Source: Oopsacas minuta (taxonomy: Eukaryota > Animalia > Porifera). Taken from it: a stretch of 64,000 nt of DNA. This document shows, piece by piece, positions 39,951 through 51,660 of this stretch (within the stretch, counting starts at the first letter, position 1; each line of letters starts with the position of its first letter). The notes below the pieces were generated by a model that ran no database searches, was not told the DNA's origin, and saw only the letters and a program-made list of their open reading frames with translations. Location of the stretch: positions 1,216,863 through 1,280,862 of the forward strand of contig JAKMXF010000299.1 in assembly GCA_024704765.1 (NCBI GenBank), written 5' to 3'. A program made the position numbers and the translations under genes.

Positions 39951-41247
39951 CGAAGGGCACTCGAAAAGTTTTGACGTTGACCGACATATCAGATAGCAAT
40001 AAGAAAATTGATTATTACATTTTTTCAAAATACTCTCTCTGACATTCTATACATTTTTTCATTCTGGAAAGCCAATTATTAAAACATTCTTCCACTCTTC
40101 TTTGGGTATGTCTCCGATCGCTTGGAAAAGTGCCCCTCTCAATTCCTCATTAGTCGAAGATCTCCCACGTAATTGATCTTTGAGTCTAGGGAACAACCAG
40201 AAGTCGCAAGGGGCTAAACCAGGACTGTAGGGTGGGTGAGGTAATGTTTTGGGTCCAGGATTTCCAAAAACTCACGAGCTGATTGCCGTATGCGATGATG
40301 GATTATCATGATGAAGAAGAATTCCTCTAATGTCTGTCTTCTCCCGCTGTGACTCAATTGCTGTGACGACTTTGGGTTGGTACACTGAGTATACCAGTCA
40401 GCAGTAACAGTCTTTCTATCCTCGAGAGCAACAACTTCGATAAACCCACTAAATCTGAAAAAACCGCCCACATTTGTTTCCCAACAGATCTAGCCCTCCG
40501 CACTTTGGTTGGAGGTGGGGCATCTTCTTCAACCCACTCCTTTGACATTCGCTTTGTTTCTGGATCATAATGGTATATCCATGTCTCATCACCTATAAGG
40601 ATCTCAGGAACATCTCTTGAACTTCCATTAGCAAACCTTTTGAGCATAATTTTGCAAAAGTCTATGCGGGATATTTTTTGCTGTAAGTTCAAAGAAAGGG
40701 GAGATCCATCTGGCACACAACTTCCTGACACAAAGCTCTTTGTGCAAAATGATATTAATTGTCCCCGATGATAATTCGGTTTCATACTCTAACTGAGCGT
40801 ACATAATATGATGATCTTTAGTAATTAGATCTAGCATTTCGTTAACATTTTCTTCATTATGTGAAATATTCGTCTTCCTGAACGAGGGGCATCTTCAAGA
40901 ACAAAGTTTCCGTGAATAAATTCCCTATACCATCATTCAACTGTACTTGGAGAAGGAACTAGATCCAGGAAATGTTCCTGGAAAGATTCATAGATTTCTA
41001 CTCTTGTCTTCTGTAGTTTGAATAAGATCAAAATTATTGCTCGAAAATCACGTTTTGTGAGATCTGATCTAGAATGAGATATTTTAGGAGCCATGTATAC
41101 TAAAATTCTCTAATTTATGAAATCAGAAGAGATAAATGAATGAAAGTTTCAAAGTAGAGTAATAAAATATGTGTGAAAAGATGGATGCGGAAAATATCCG
41201 ATAGATTAATGGTTTCATATCAAACGGCAAAACTCGAGTGCCCCTCG
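39951..41247 (-). mobile_element. Full-length decayed mariner
   Basis: TA|CGAAGGGCACTCGAAAAGTTTTG and CAAAACTCGAGTGCCCCTCG|TA TIRs; motifs LCARWISP, ILIGDETWIYHYDPETK and HHDNPSSH. Confidence 0.88.
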
Positions 41248-42049
41248 TAGAATGTTTTAACGAACATCAGAATTTTTCTAAAAATCCATTTCATCCGAAT
41301 CGGTGTGCCACATACTCTCAATGTCAAGAAAAGTATGAGTGGGCGCCTTTGGGCGGGTCTAGAAATTATTGAAAATGTTATTTAGAATGATATACTATTT
41401 GAAATTGTCGACGATCCAACTCGCAATTATTTGCATTGAAAGATCGGGGACTTAAAACTTAGTTCAAGGAGCTGAAATATGGATAATAATTTACGGATAA
41501 AAAAGCTTGAGGATGAATAAATATTGATATAATTCGTTTTGTAACCGAGTAAAATTATCCGATTATCTACGAATACTGATAAATACAATTGAGTAAACGA
41601 AAATCCAGGAATGCTGAAATATAGCATGGGTATTTGAAGAATAAATATTTGGAACCTCTCAGGCTTTCAAATTTCAAATTTTAGCATAAGTTTGAGACTT
41701 TGGGTAGACATGTTATAAGTTCATTAAGAAACTAATAATAGCATATTTCTAGGTTTGGAATATTGTAAAATCGAATGCAGACATTAATTTGGTAAATCGC
41801 GAAGTCAAATTTTCACTTATTACTACATAATTCCACACTATCACGGTTAGTTTGTTTCTTTATCGCTGTTGGTTTAGTTGGTCACGAATATCCAACCCAT
41901 AAGTCACAGTTATCCGTTTGTAGGTTTCCCTTTTCACACAACAATCTTTATGGTTTTTGTAGTTGGTTTATGTGGAAATTACTAAGGGTCCTACTTTTGC
42001 ATTCTTCCTTAACCACTTGTTAATTATTCCTATCTAAAAACAGTACACA

Positions 42050-42330
42050 TAATGTACAAAATTCGTCAGATAAGTTTTCATTGTAAGTAAGCTATGGGAA
42101 AAGAGTTCACCAGCTACCTTTTACTACTTCAATCAATAATATATGGATAGGTATAATTTTCTGGTAGGGTCCATCAGTAAGTATAGTTTCTAGACGAAGT
42201 TCTTCATTTACTGATTGGTTTTCAGAGACAAATAGTACTATATCCAAGTGATGTGGATGCGTAATACTGGGTTCTATATTAATAGAAGAGGAAATTTCCG
42301 TGTCTGAATGATCGAAAGAAATGTCTTCTG
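42050..42330 (-). pseudogene. Possible Penelope-like RT remnant
   Basis: Minus strand HHLDIVLF...YQK..YTYPYI is compatible with the LDxLV...YRKPT...YI region of Penelope RTs. Confidence 0.3.
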
Positions 42331-43129
42331 TTGTTTGATGTCACAAATTCGTTATCGGAAAGCGTCACATTTTCAACCCTTGTTAGTTTCGAAATATAAT
42401 ATCAAGTATATTTGTTGAACCTTTCGCCATTATGAGGAGATGTATGAAATTATTTATATTATAAACTTTGTTTTAAATCTAATCATTAGATGAAGAATGG
42501 GAGGTTAATATGAAATCAACAGCTAAGGTATTGTCCTAAATATAAGCAGTAATTCAATGGCCGCAATTTTTAATGATAGTTTATAATTATCGTCATTATA
42601 ATGTTCACTTTTGGCCCCTTCTATTGCCAAATGCTGGGTACGGCTGTTTTGCAGAAATTGGTCCCCCCTATAAAACTGGTCCGGGGGGACCAGTTTCTGC
42701 AAATTTCAAATTTCTTGTAGGATTTGGTCCCCCCCTGTTTAACTACTGATTGTGGTCAAATTGCGGTTAACACAGCACTTTTATAGATTCCTCAAATAAT
42801 TCTTCATGTAATTTGTGACCTTTATATGGCTTCAAAACTATTACGGGGGACCAGTTTCTGCAAATACTATTTCCCTTGCATAATTTGGTTGCTCCTTAGT
42901 TAATTGTAATACATGAATAATCGTTGGCTACACATCACTCTTAATAATTCTTCCCAACAATTAATAATTGATTATTACCCTTAGCCCTTAGATATCATAT
43001 GGTTGCTCTGGAACTGTAATGTCAATTCTACTAAGGTAAATGTATGCATAGACTGGATACATATAATTAGTAAGTTCATGATCACTCCATATCTGTGACA
43101 TCGGTCAATGTGTAGAAGACACAGTTGAT

Positions 43130-44296
43130 TTATCCCAACTTTATCCACCTGTCCGCTCCCTTTTGTGTGAGCTTTGGATTTTCTAATCCATCATATATAT
43201 ACCAGCAGCCCAGTATCTTTGTCCTCATGAAAAAATGTAAGCCAGCATAGATAGTATAACCGAATAGACTATACTGCAGTATTGTATTCATGTGATTGAT
43301 GCTTAGATTACCTTCAATTTGATTGTGACGGATGATATTCTCTGATTGAATATGACCAACTTCGAGGATTATAATTGGTGGAATTTTTAGAAATTGTGTA
43401 GAAAATTTCTCAATATTAGCATGTGTATCCCTGCACTTGAGGCACTTGTAACTTTGATTAATCTGATGGCCAATTGTGGTTTGACAATTTTGCTGAAACT
43501 TATATATAGAGGACAGATTAAGACGTTTTTCTGATATGCAGCAATAGCTCCAACACTGGAATTCAACCACATATAGATTAGGAGACAAATGAATATTATC
43601 CAATAATCCAACCACATTTCCTTCGCATCCCATATAGTCGTATTGGGAATCGATAAGTTGTAAACCAAGCTTGGTAGTGAACCAGTATTTTAGCTGGTTG
43701 AAGTTTTTTGTATTCACCATCTGAAAAACCATTTCAATGTTCGGTGGGATCGTAGAAGTTAACTTGACTGATGATAGGAAGGTTTTGAAATGCAGGCTGA
43801 ACAATGTGATAAAATTATCAACTGGACAAGTGTTCACAAATCTAATTCCATTGTATTCCTCTCCCCAAGCAGCACAACACTCTTCCAAGGATTCTGAAGT
43901 GCAATCAATTCCTTGAACCTTTGCATCTAGGATTTCATATTGACAAGATTTATTCAAAAGTTGTTGGATTTTAGATAGCAGGATTTTAGTAGTGTAATCT
44001 GTACTTTTTCTCTCCCAGTATGATGAAAAATCTAACTCTTCTCTAGTATATTGGTAAAAGGGTATCTTTATATCATGACTTTCCAAGTACCACTTGTTCA
44101 AAATCTCAGAAACTTCTAAATTAATGTCATAATCCGTGATAGCAGTTTCTCCTTCGCAGGTAGAAAGATAGTGTCGCACTCTCCAATCGAATAATTCATT
44201 GTAGGGCATATGACACCTCTTGAAGAGATCATTATGGAGTGGAGAGAGTAGAGTATTTTTTTTAATTGATTTAATTACGTCTTCCTTCATCAACAA
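43130..44296 (-). CDS. Ginger1 downstream ORF (388 aa) with USP/peptidase-C19-like cysteine protease motifs; probably the frameshifted C-terminal half of the transposase
   Basis: Cys box NTC157PVDN; Zn ligands C248xxxC252 and C285xxC288; LKIPPIIILEV; His box YSLFGYTIYAGLH354F; WYIYD369G. Read-through of the TAA gives INCVFY, like the final YxLFY strand of USPs. No HMM search was run. Confidence 0.6.
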   Translation of the reverse strand: MLMKEDVIKSIKKNTLLSPLHNDLFKRCHMPYNELFDWRVRHYLSTCEGETAITDYDINLEVSEILNKWYLESHDIKIPFYQYTREELDFSSYWERKSTDYTTKILLSKIQQLLNKSCQYEILDAKVQGIDCTSESLEECCAAWGEEYNGIRFVNTCPVDNFITLFSLHFKTFLSSVKLTSTIPPNIEMVFQMVNTKNFNQLKYWFTTKLGLQLIDSQYDYMGCEGNVVGLLDNIHLSPNLYVVEFQCWSYCCISEKRLNLSSIYKFQQNCQTTIGHQINQSYKCLKCRDTHANIEKFSTQFLKIPPIIILEVGHIQSENIIRHNQIEGNLSINHMNTILQYSLFGYTIYAGLHFFMRTKILGCWYIYDGLENPKLTQKGADRWIKLG

Positions 44297-44379
44297 GAGT
44301 CGATGAATAACCTCTTGTCGCTGTGTGTTATTCTCTTGTTCCTGTGATGTAGATCCAACTATTTCTGATACTTCAGACG

Positions 44380-45738
44380 TTATGGATGTGGGCGAGTCAT
44401 CCTTCTTGAACGATAAGACGCGTTTTCGGGCACTTTTCCGATACTTTTGCTTGGGGATGTGTTATCATAATTAGGGGTACTTCTCCAGAGTTTAGCCTTA
44501 GCTTTCTTCACACGGATTAGAGCTTTGTCTTTGCAAACTTGCACCGTACTTCTAGAAACTTCCTTGATTGGATATGGACCAATCCATTTATCTTGTAACT
44601 TTCCTCCTTTGCTTTTCTTTCTGCACATGTTCTCTATAAGTACATCGTTATCGACTGCAAATTGTGTAGTGATCGGATTAACCTTTTTGTCGTATTGTCT
44701 TTTCATTCTTTTCTTCGAATTGATAAGGTTTTCACCAGCATGAGAGAATGATTCTTGTTGATCCCTTTTCATGGCTTGTACTAGATCATCAAGATCGTTA
44801 TTGTCGTCATTTTCATCTGATGTATTCCCAAAATTGACATCAGGATAAAGAAAAGATAGACTTTCAGCTTCGATTGGGAGGCGTGGTTTCCGGCAGCCAT
44901 GCACTAATTCAAAAGCTGAGTATTGAGTTGTTTCCCGCGGACGAATATTTATGGAATATGTGACTTGTTCCAAATAATATGACCAATCTTCCCGCTTATC
45001 AGTCATTGATCTTATTAAAGAACCTTTCATAGCTTTGTGGGTAGATTCGACTAGACCATTCGTTTGAGGATGGTATGGAGCAGAAAATATTAACTTACAA
45101 CCGTGTATTTCTTGGAGGGTTTTAGAAATATTGTTCGTAAATTCCGTTCCGTTATCACTTATGATTTGGACTGGGGCACCTTGTCGACAATATATCGAAA
45201 ATATACCTGTAGCCACATCTTTCGCGTTTTTCGATTTTAGGGGACGGGTTTCGATCCATTTAGTGAAATGGTCTATAAAAGTCAGTATATATAAGTATCC
45301 TTGTGATTCGATCAGTGGTCCAGTTAGATCCATACCAACTCTAAACCATACCTTTGTTATCACTGGGAGGGGTTGCAAAGGCATAGTTGGTGCTTTTAAA
45401 CTAGGTTGGTTCTTTTGACACGCTACACAATTCTTTACATATGTATATATGTCTGAATACATTTTCGGCCAATAATATCTCTCACTTGCAATCCTATTTG
45501 AATATCTTGAACACTGGTGGCCTGCCTTGTCATGAATTTCTTCTAAAATATCAGGTACTTGATTAGCTTTAACGATAAGCAAAAAAGTACTTCCAGATAG
45601 TTTAACCAATTGATCTGATTTTATGGAGTACTTAGAGGATTTCTTCCGTAATACCCTTTTTGCATTCTTGTTTGAGCCCAAGGGGTACGATTGGGACCTG
45701 AGATAATTTTCGATTGCATCGTATTCAATTGGATCCAT
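44380..45738 (-). CDS. Ginger1 integrase-type transposase (452 aa from the ATG at 45738)
   Basis: YPYY-like N-terminus (YDAIENYLRSQSYP), H2C2 finger (IHDKAGH...CVAC), MDLTGP, ISDNGTEF, QTNGLVE (35 residues counted between D and E) and GPY/F motif (KWIGPY). Confidence 0.9.
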   Translation of the reverse strand: MDPIEYDAIENYLRSQSYPLGSNKNAKRVLRKKSSKYSIKSDQLVKLSGSTFLLIVKANQVPDILEEIHDKAGHQCSRYSNRIASERYYWPKMYSDIYTYVKNCVACQKNQPSLKAPTMPLQPLPVITKVWFRVGMDLTGPLIESQGYLYILTFIDHFTKWIETRPLKSKNAKDVATGIFSIYCRQGAPVQIISDNGTEFTNNISKTLQEIHGCKLIFSAPYHPQTNGLVESTHKAMKGSLIRSMTDKREDWSYYLEQVTYSINIRPRETTQYSAFELVHGCRKPRLPIEAESLSFLYPDVNFGNTSDENDDNNDLDDLVQAMKRDQQESFSHAGENLINSKKRMKRQYDKKVNPITTQFAVDNDVLIENMCRKKSKGGKLQDKWIGPYPIKEVSRSTVQVCKDKALIRVKKAKAKLWRSTPNYDNTSPSKSIGKVPENASYRSRRMTRPHP

Positions 45739-46241
45739 CAGGTTTACCAATGGTATCACGAATAGTAGTTAGAATAAATATTGCGATGAAATATTTTCGA
45801 TTACAAAAATTTAGCGTTTCTACCAATAATATGAGTTATAACCTTATATGTATAACTAGTAGTTGTATGCTCACTCATCCAACATGAATATGAGAATAGT
45901 TTTGAAGTCATATAAAGGTCACAAATTACCTGAAGAATTGTTGAGGAATCTATAAAAGTGCGGTGTTACCGAAATTTAACCACAATCAGTGATAAACAGG
46001 GGGGACCAAATCCTACAAGAAATTTGAAATTTGCAGAAACTGGTCCCCCGGACCAGTTTTATAGGGGGGGACCAATTTCTGCAAAACAACGCCATTGCTT
46101 AATATAGCTGTATTTTCAACAATAAGAGAATTCATCATTTTACTTTGTGAACTCTCTAATTAAATATATATTGAGGCCGCTAAAGCTCCCCTTTATGTAC
46201 CCTGTTGCCTCCTAGTGTCCGCCATTGAACTACATCTAGAC

Positions 46242-48216
46242 CAGTGGTTCTGAATCTTTTTAGTCCTGCGTACCCCTGTCCCAGGATGATATGCCACGTA
46301 CCCCTCATTAGCTAGTCTGTTTTTTTATATTATTTCTTGTCAATTTCCAAACCTAAGCGATAAACAAATACCCACAATCTATTCAAACTAAGCTATGAAT
46401 ATACTAGGTAATATTAATGTGAACACTGTTGTTGTCTATTTGCAACTAATAGATCTATTCTAGGCGATGTATTTGAAAGAGCCACGCGCATGTCGTGCGT
46501 GACATTTATCTTGTTCCTCGCATTAGTCTTTATTGTTACGAGTATAGAAAAACCTGATTCGCAAAGATAGGTTGTAGCAAACAAAACTATAACCTGAAAT
46601 GCTCGTTTCCCAAATGTGGGACACGCCTGCATCACTTTACACCGGAATTCATCCAGTTCCATTGATTCAAAATCCTTAAGAAGCTTCTGATTATGACGTA
46701 TGTCAATTAGCTCATCTTTCGCCAAGTCATTATCGAGACTTACTGTGAATGGGAACCTCACCAAAGAGTTCGAAAGTGATATGCTATCCCCAAAATTACC
46801 TTCGAAATTGAATCTTAAATTTTAAGATGTTCAATAACACTTGTTTAGATACTTTGTCCCATTGGATGATCTGGATTAGTGTAATCTCGTCCAGAGAGGA
46901 AGTTAAAACTGCCAGAAATGACTTTCCGTCTCCAAAGAACCAGTTTTTCTTGGTATGATTTTATCTTTTCTTCCGCTTCCAAGATCGTTACTCCTCTTCC
47001 ATGTAGCGACATGTTCAATGAATTCAATATGCCGAAGATGTCAGCAAGATATGCCAGAGAAATGACAAAATTCGGGTCCTCGAAATACTAGAGAGAATCT
47101 GAACATCTTTCGCGTAAGAACATCTTTATCGATTCACGAAGCTCAAAAAACCCTACCAAAATGTTTCCTCTGGAGAGCCAGCGTACTTCTGTATGTAATA
47201 AAAGAACAATGTGCTAGGAATCTCTTGACACCTTTTGAACACACGGTGATACAATGCTCTCGCCCTGATAATGTTGACAACTTTGACCACAATCTCTAAA
47301 ACTGATTTAAGACAACTAGGAAGTGTTTTTGAAGCTAGTGCATGTTGACCAAGAATGCAGTGACTCGAAACTACACTACGGTTAATCTTTTGACCAGAGA
47401 AGTGAAGCCAGTACAAATAGACCCCACAAAGTCCCACGATAGAGCGTTAAAATCACAAAATTCATTCATTTTAGGAAATACATCCACTGCTTTTGCTGTT
47501 TGTTGATGCTGATCACAAACACAGAATTTTCTTTGATACCGTTCTGATACACATATCGGACAAATATGATAAGTTGAGCACAATTTGAGACATCAGCTGA
47601 TTCATCCAGCTGCAAGCTAATTTTTCAAGGCTTGCCTTGATTTGCTCCACTACCAGTCTGACGATGTCTAGTGACATGTCTCTAATTCGGTCATGGATCG
47701 TATCATTCGAAAGAAGAATCTGCGCTATTTTTTGTTTTGCATCATTACCACACATCAACTCTACCATCTCGATAGCACATGTTTTTTATTATGGTCTCTG
47801 CAGTAATGTGCGGCTTCTTCTCCTTTGAAATCTTTAATGCCACGCAAAGACTTGCCTTTAGTTGTGGCTTTATTCGGGAACATAGCATGAACTTCAAGTG
47901 CGTTACTTAATTCGAACCGTGCACGTTTAGTCTCGAATACAAATTGTGGAACTTTAGCGTTCTCGGGATGGAGAGCGCGAAGTGTTTTTGAAGTTTAGAC
48001 GGTTTCATGCAGCCATTACTAAATAACTTTGAGCAGAGAAGGCAGTGTTTTCTGATTACCATCGTTGTCTACAGTGAATATGAAACCGTACTGTATATCT
48101 GAATCTTTGTACCAGTTAGATCAATGTATCCCTACCTACCCTAAAGTTTAGCGGCCCTAAATAAGTTTTCATCATGTTTTATGGCAGGGTCTCCGCGTGT
48201 TAGAAATGTACCACTG
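46242..48216 (-). mobile_element. Decayed hAT element of the Charlie/Buster (ZBED5/ZBED8-like) group
   Basis: Ends CAGTGGTTC / GTACCACTG. Fragments LLSNDTIHDRI, SHCILGQHALASK, LAYLADIFGILNSLNMSLHG and FATTYLCESGFS. The flanks have a central TA but are not identical. Confidence 0.85.
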
Positions 48217-48295
48217 CCTTAAAGCATACTATAATCAATTTACTTTTTTCTCATTATTTGAATTTGCCATCTTAGCTATCTCATCCCTTTTATAG

Positions 48296-48466
48296 GTCGC
48301 AAGAAGATTGAATTTGTTAAGCCTCTTCAGTCTTTATCTCTTACCAGTGCAAGTGAATTCGGAGGCGAACTTTTTCCAAAGATTGTCCTTTATGAGAGGC
48401 AAAAGGGAGATGCTTGTAATTCAATATTTTCAGAAATTGTGTCTGCAATGAATAGATCTGGTGCAG
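48296..48466 (+). CDS. SPT16: FACT complex subunit SPT16, coding exon 2 (171 nt, phase 1-1)
   Basis: TTTTATAG|GT...GCAG|GTATAT. Joined to exon 1 it reads FLS-G-RKKIEFVKPL...PKIVLYERQKGDACNSIFSEIVSAMNRSGAG, collinear with the recalled human MASKKKVEFLKQI...[29 protein letters not shown]. Confidence 0.9.
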
Positions 48467-50577
48467 GTATATGTTTTGTACAATTAAATACAATTCATAG
48501 TGTATTCTTTTGCTTGGATGTCGGACATATGTCCCGCAGGTTTTTGAGACTGGATCGCCAGGAACATTAGGAATCATGATTCAAGTTGGCTTTTTCTTTT
48601 TTCTACCTCTAACTTTCTGCGAATTAAGTTTTAACTTTTCTGATAAATATTGGAGATGTTATTACTTTGTTCTACCACTGTAGTGCATTTGACAAAGTAC
48701 TATAGTAACTATATTTAATTTCAACTTTATTCATAATCTATGGTGCAAAAGCATTGTATTGTATTGTGAGACTCTGGTTTCAGTTTTCTGTGTATATTAC
48801 CTGTAAAATAGACATTAAATTACTTCAGAAACTATTGCGACCTATGGAAAATTGTCAAGTAGATGTTTTATTTACTATGTGGCCCTTAAAAGTACTCAAA
48901 AAATCTAAATTTGGCACGTAAATTGTATTGATTTGTCACCTCTATTATGAATGCTCAATCTTAAATTTCCAAATAGAAAGCAGATTTTGTAAAGCAGTGC
49001 TATGCTTTCCAACAACTAATTACTTATTATTGATATACTTGAGTGAAATTTTTGCTTTGCTTTCTAGTTCCCTTTTGAATCTTTGCTGCATGGACTCATT
49101 CATCATTTTTGTTAATGCACCTGGTTCATTTTTCGGATACATATATAGTATGTATTAGGAAGCACACTTAACTATAGCCTATTTACTGGGCATATTTTGT
49201 ACCATGGATTACTTCAACTCTATCTAATTTGGTGGGCAATCTGAATATTTGGACAATATCAAATTGATACTTTTTGGTGCGCGAATGAATATATTATTTT
49301 AGATGATAATTAACAAATGCCATATGATCCAATTAATACCAGCTCGAAATGACGTCATTCAACTGTGTAAAAGGTAACGATCAGCTTCTTCGATTCCATA
49401 ATTACTATCAAGGAATCTTAGCATGTTTATACATAAATTATGGAATATTTGTAATTGTATAGTTGTCACAATATTGAGTTATAATAGATATCATGGATGT
49501 CACATTTTTTCCAATGTTCACTTTTTTAGTCAAACCAGTCCAGCCAATAAGTACAATATATGCAACTTACCATAGCCTTCTTGGATGCGATATCTCAGAG
49601 CACTATTCTGTAAATCTTTGTGATGACCGAAAATAGGCATATTCGCGATTAAATCACATCGGTTAGACTAATCTCATCAACCTTTATTACAAGGGTATGG
49701 GAAGTTGCATATGTGATACTTTTTGGAGAGATTGTTTTGACAAAATTCTCGCGACATTCGAGATATTTGTGGATAATGATCAGAAATGTATCTTTCTTTG
49801 TGACTAATACACCTCAACAACGTGACAACTTTATCTTTACAAAAAATGTTGATTTTATGTATAAAGAACCTTAGATAACTTGAGATTAATTCTGGAATTG
49901 AAGCCGCACTTTTGATCATTTATTAGAGCATAAAAAAGGTCCATTATTTCCAAATTATTACCATATCACCCAAACAGATGACCTCATTTCGTACTCTGAT
50001 TTTGGATGATATCGATAAAGTTGATTATGTAAGCCATTAATACAATTATTCCCGCCTAAATGGTCCCAATCTGATAATTTCGAGAATATTCAGATTGTCT
50101 ACCAATTATAATATCTGTTACCGAATACTGCCGAGGAGATGTATCATCTTGCGAAGTCACAAAGGTTCTGAAATCTCGATGTGGATGAGGGAATTGGCTA
50201 GAACGAAGTGTCCAAAATATTAGTGTTTCCTTTTCGTTACGAACGAAACACTTTGCCCTTAATCGGTTAAGTAATCCATGGTTGAATCTAGTGAAATATC
50301 TATTGTTACGGTCTTTGCTTAGTTTCAGGTATTATATGTTTATATACTGCAGATCTTTGTTCAGATTTAATTGTTTCTTGAATTATGCTTGCTCTACTTA
50401 ATTTTTGGTATTTCCAGCCAAGCGATTTGTCCTCTTATATTCAAGTTAGGAAATTTCAGAGTTATCGGCCAGGTGGTCCCACACTTATGATCAAGCTTGT
50501 ATTCAATTACTTTGGAATGTAGTATACTATCATTGCTTTTAATTCTATTACTATTACTATTACTCTTGCTATCAACA

Positions 50578-51660
50578 TACTTTGGGCATTCAAAAAGTTA
50601 CCATCCCTAGTTCATCTCAGTCAAACTCTACTTGATTACACGAATGAATCTTATATCCTAATACTCCTACCCATGACCTATTTAATGCTGTAGAGCAATA
50701 CTCTAGCTATTATTCATCTTGATCTATCCTACTTTTAATTTACATATTTTCGAGAGTCAACTTTTTAATGGCTTCAAAACACCAATCGAGCACAACTGAA
50801 CGACGAGCTTAATTAAAGATTCGTATCGTACTCGGCGATAAACCACTCCAGACACATGAGGATCGAGTCACCGTTTATCATGGAGAAGATCTAGCGTATC
50901 CCAATGTAAAGGAATAGGCACCAAAATTAAAGGCTGATAGAGGAAGCATTGAAGATGACCCTCGGACCTGAAGGCCAATATATGCTACCACCCCTGAACT
51001 TCTGGAACTTTTGGATATCGATCACCATTTGAGCGTTGAAGAGATTGCCCTAATCCTGAAAATCTCATCGGAAGTGTTCATACAACGCTACACGATTCTT
51101 GAATATCGAAAGATTTCAGCGCAATGAAAACCAAAATCCTCACGAATGTGCGATAGGAGAAAGAGTTTCATGCGCGAAAAATTTGCTTAAAGAATATAGA
51201 GATTCTGATTCTCGAATGTTATATAAAATCGTTATTGGTGACGAAACTTGGATTAAATTTTCTGAACCCTGCGTAAGGAACAAAGCAAATCATGTCTCCC
51301 CAAAAGTTCTTATCTCCCGAAAGACGCGTTGGACTTCTGAGACTATAAGGTTCTCTACGGCATATTTTTTGATGCGTATGCAGTGACTCAAATACCTGTG
51401 CCTAAAGGAGAACGACTGAATGGAGAACTTTACACAGATAAATACCTGAGAGAAGTCGACAAAGTCTGTAACACACGACGTCCGCGTACAGGAGCCCGAG
51501 GAATCAATCTTCTCCACGATAATTCCAGACCACATGTTTCAATATATTTGAGAAGTCATTAAGGATATTGGGTTTGGAATGATGAAAATATCCTCTGTAT
51601 TTCCCAGATTTATCACCTTGTAATTCTGGCTATGTCCTGAGCTGAAATAACATCTCTATT
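50578..51660 (+). mobile_element. Decayed mariner, same family as 8719-9620
   Basis: KIVIGDETWIKFSEP and LHDNSRPH motifs, a GGGCATTCAAAAAGTT TIR-like start, and similarity to 8719-9620. Confidence 0.7.

Larger units (their letters stand above)
42645..46088 (-). mobile_element. Ginger1 DNA transposon with approximately 195-bp TIRs
   Basis: TGTTTTGCAGAAATTGGTCCCCCC... (42645-42842) and ...GGGGGGACCAATTTCTGCAAAACA (45895-46088), with TGT/ACA termini. Flanks ACGGC / ACGCC. Encodes a Gypsy-like integrase with no gag, protease, RT, RNase H or LTR. Confidence 0.88.

Noticed and set aside
44380-45759. Gypsy LTR retrotransposon
   Set aside because: Integrase only; the flanking repeats are inverted rather than direct; no gag, protease, RT or RNase H.
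48341-48577. 78-aa minus-strand ORF from the track
   Set aside because: It is the antisense shadow of SPT16 exon 2. Many other listed short ORFs are likewise shadows of transposase frames.
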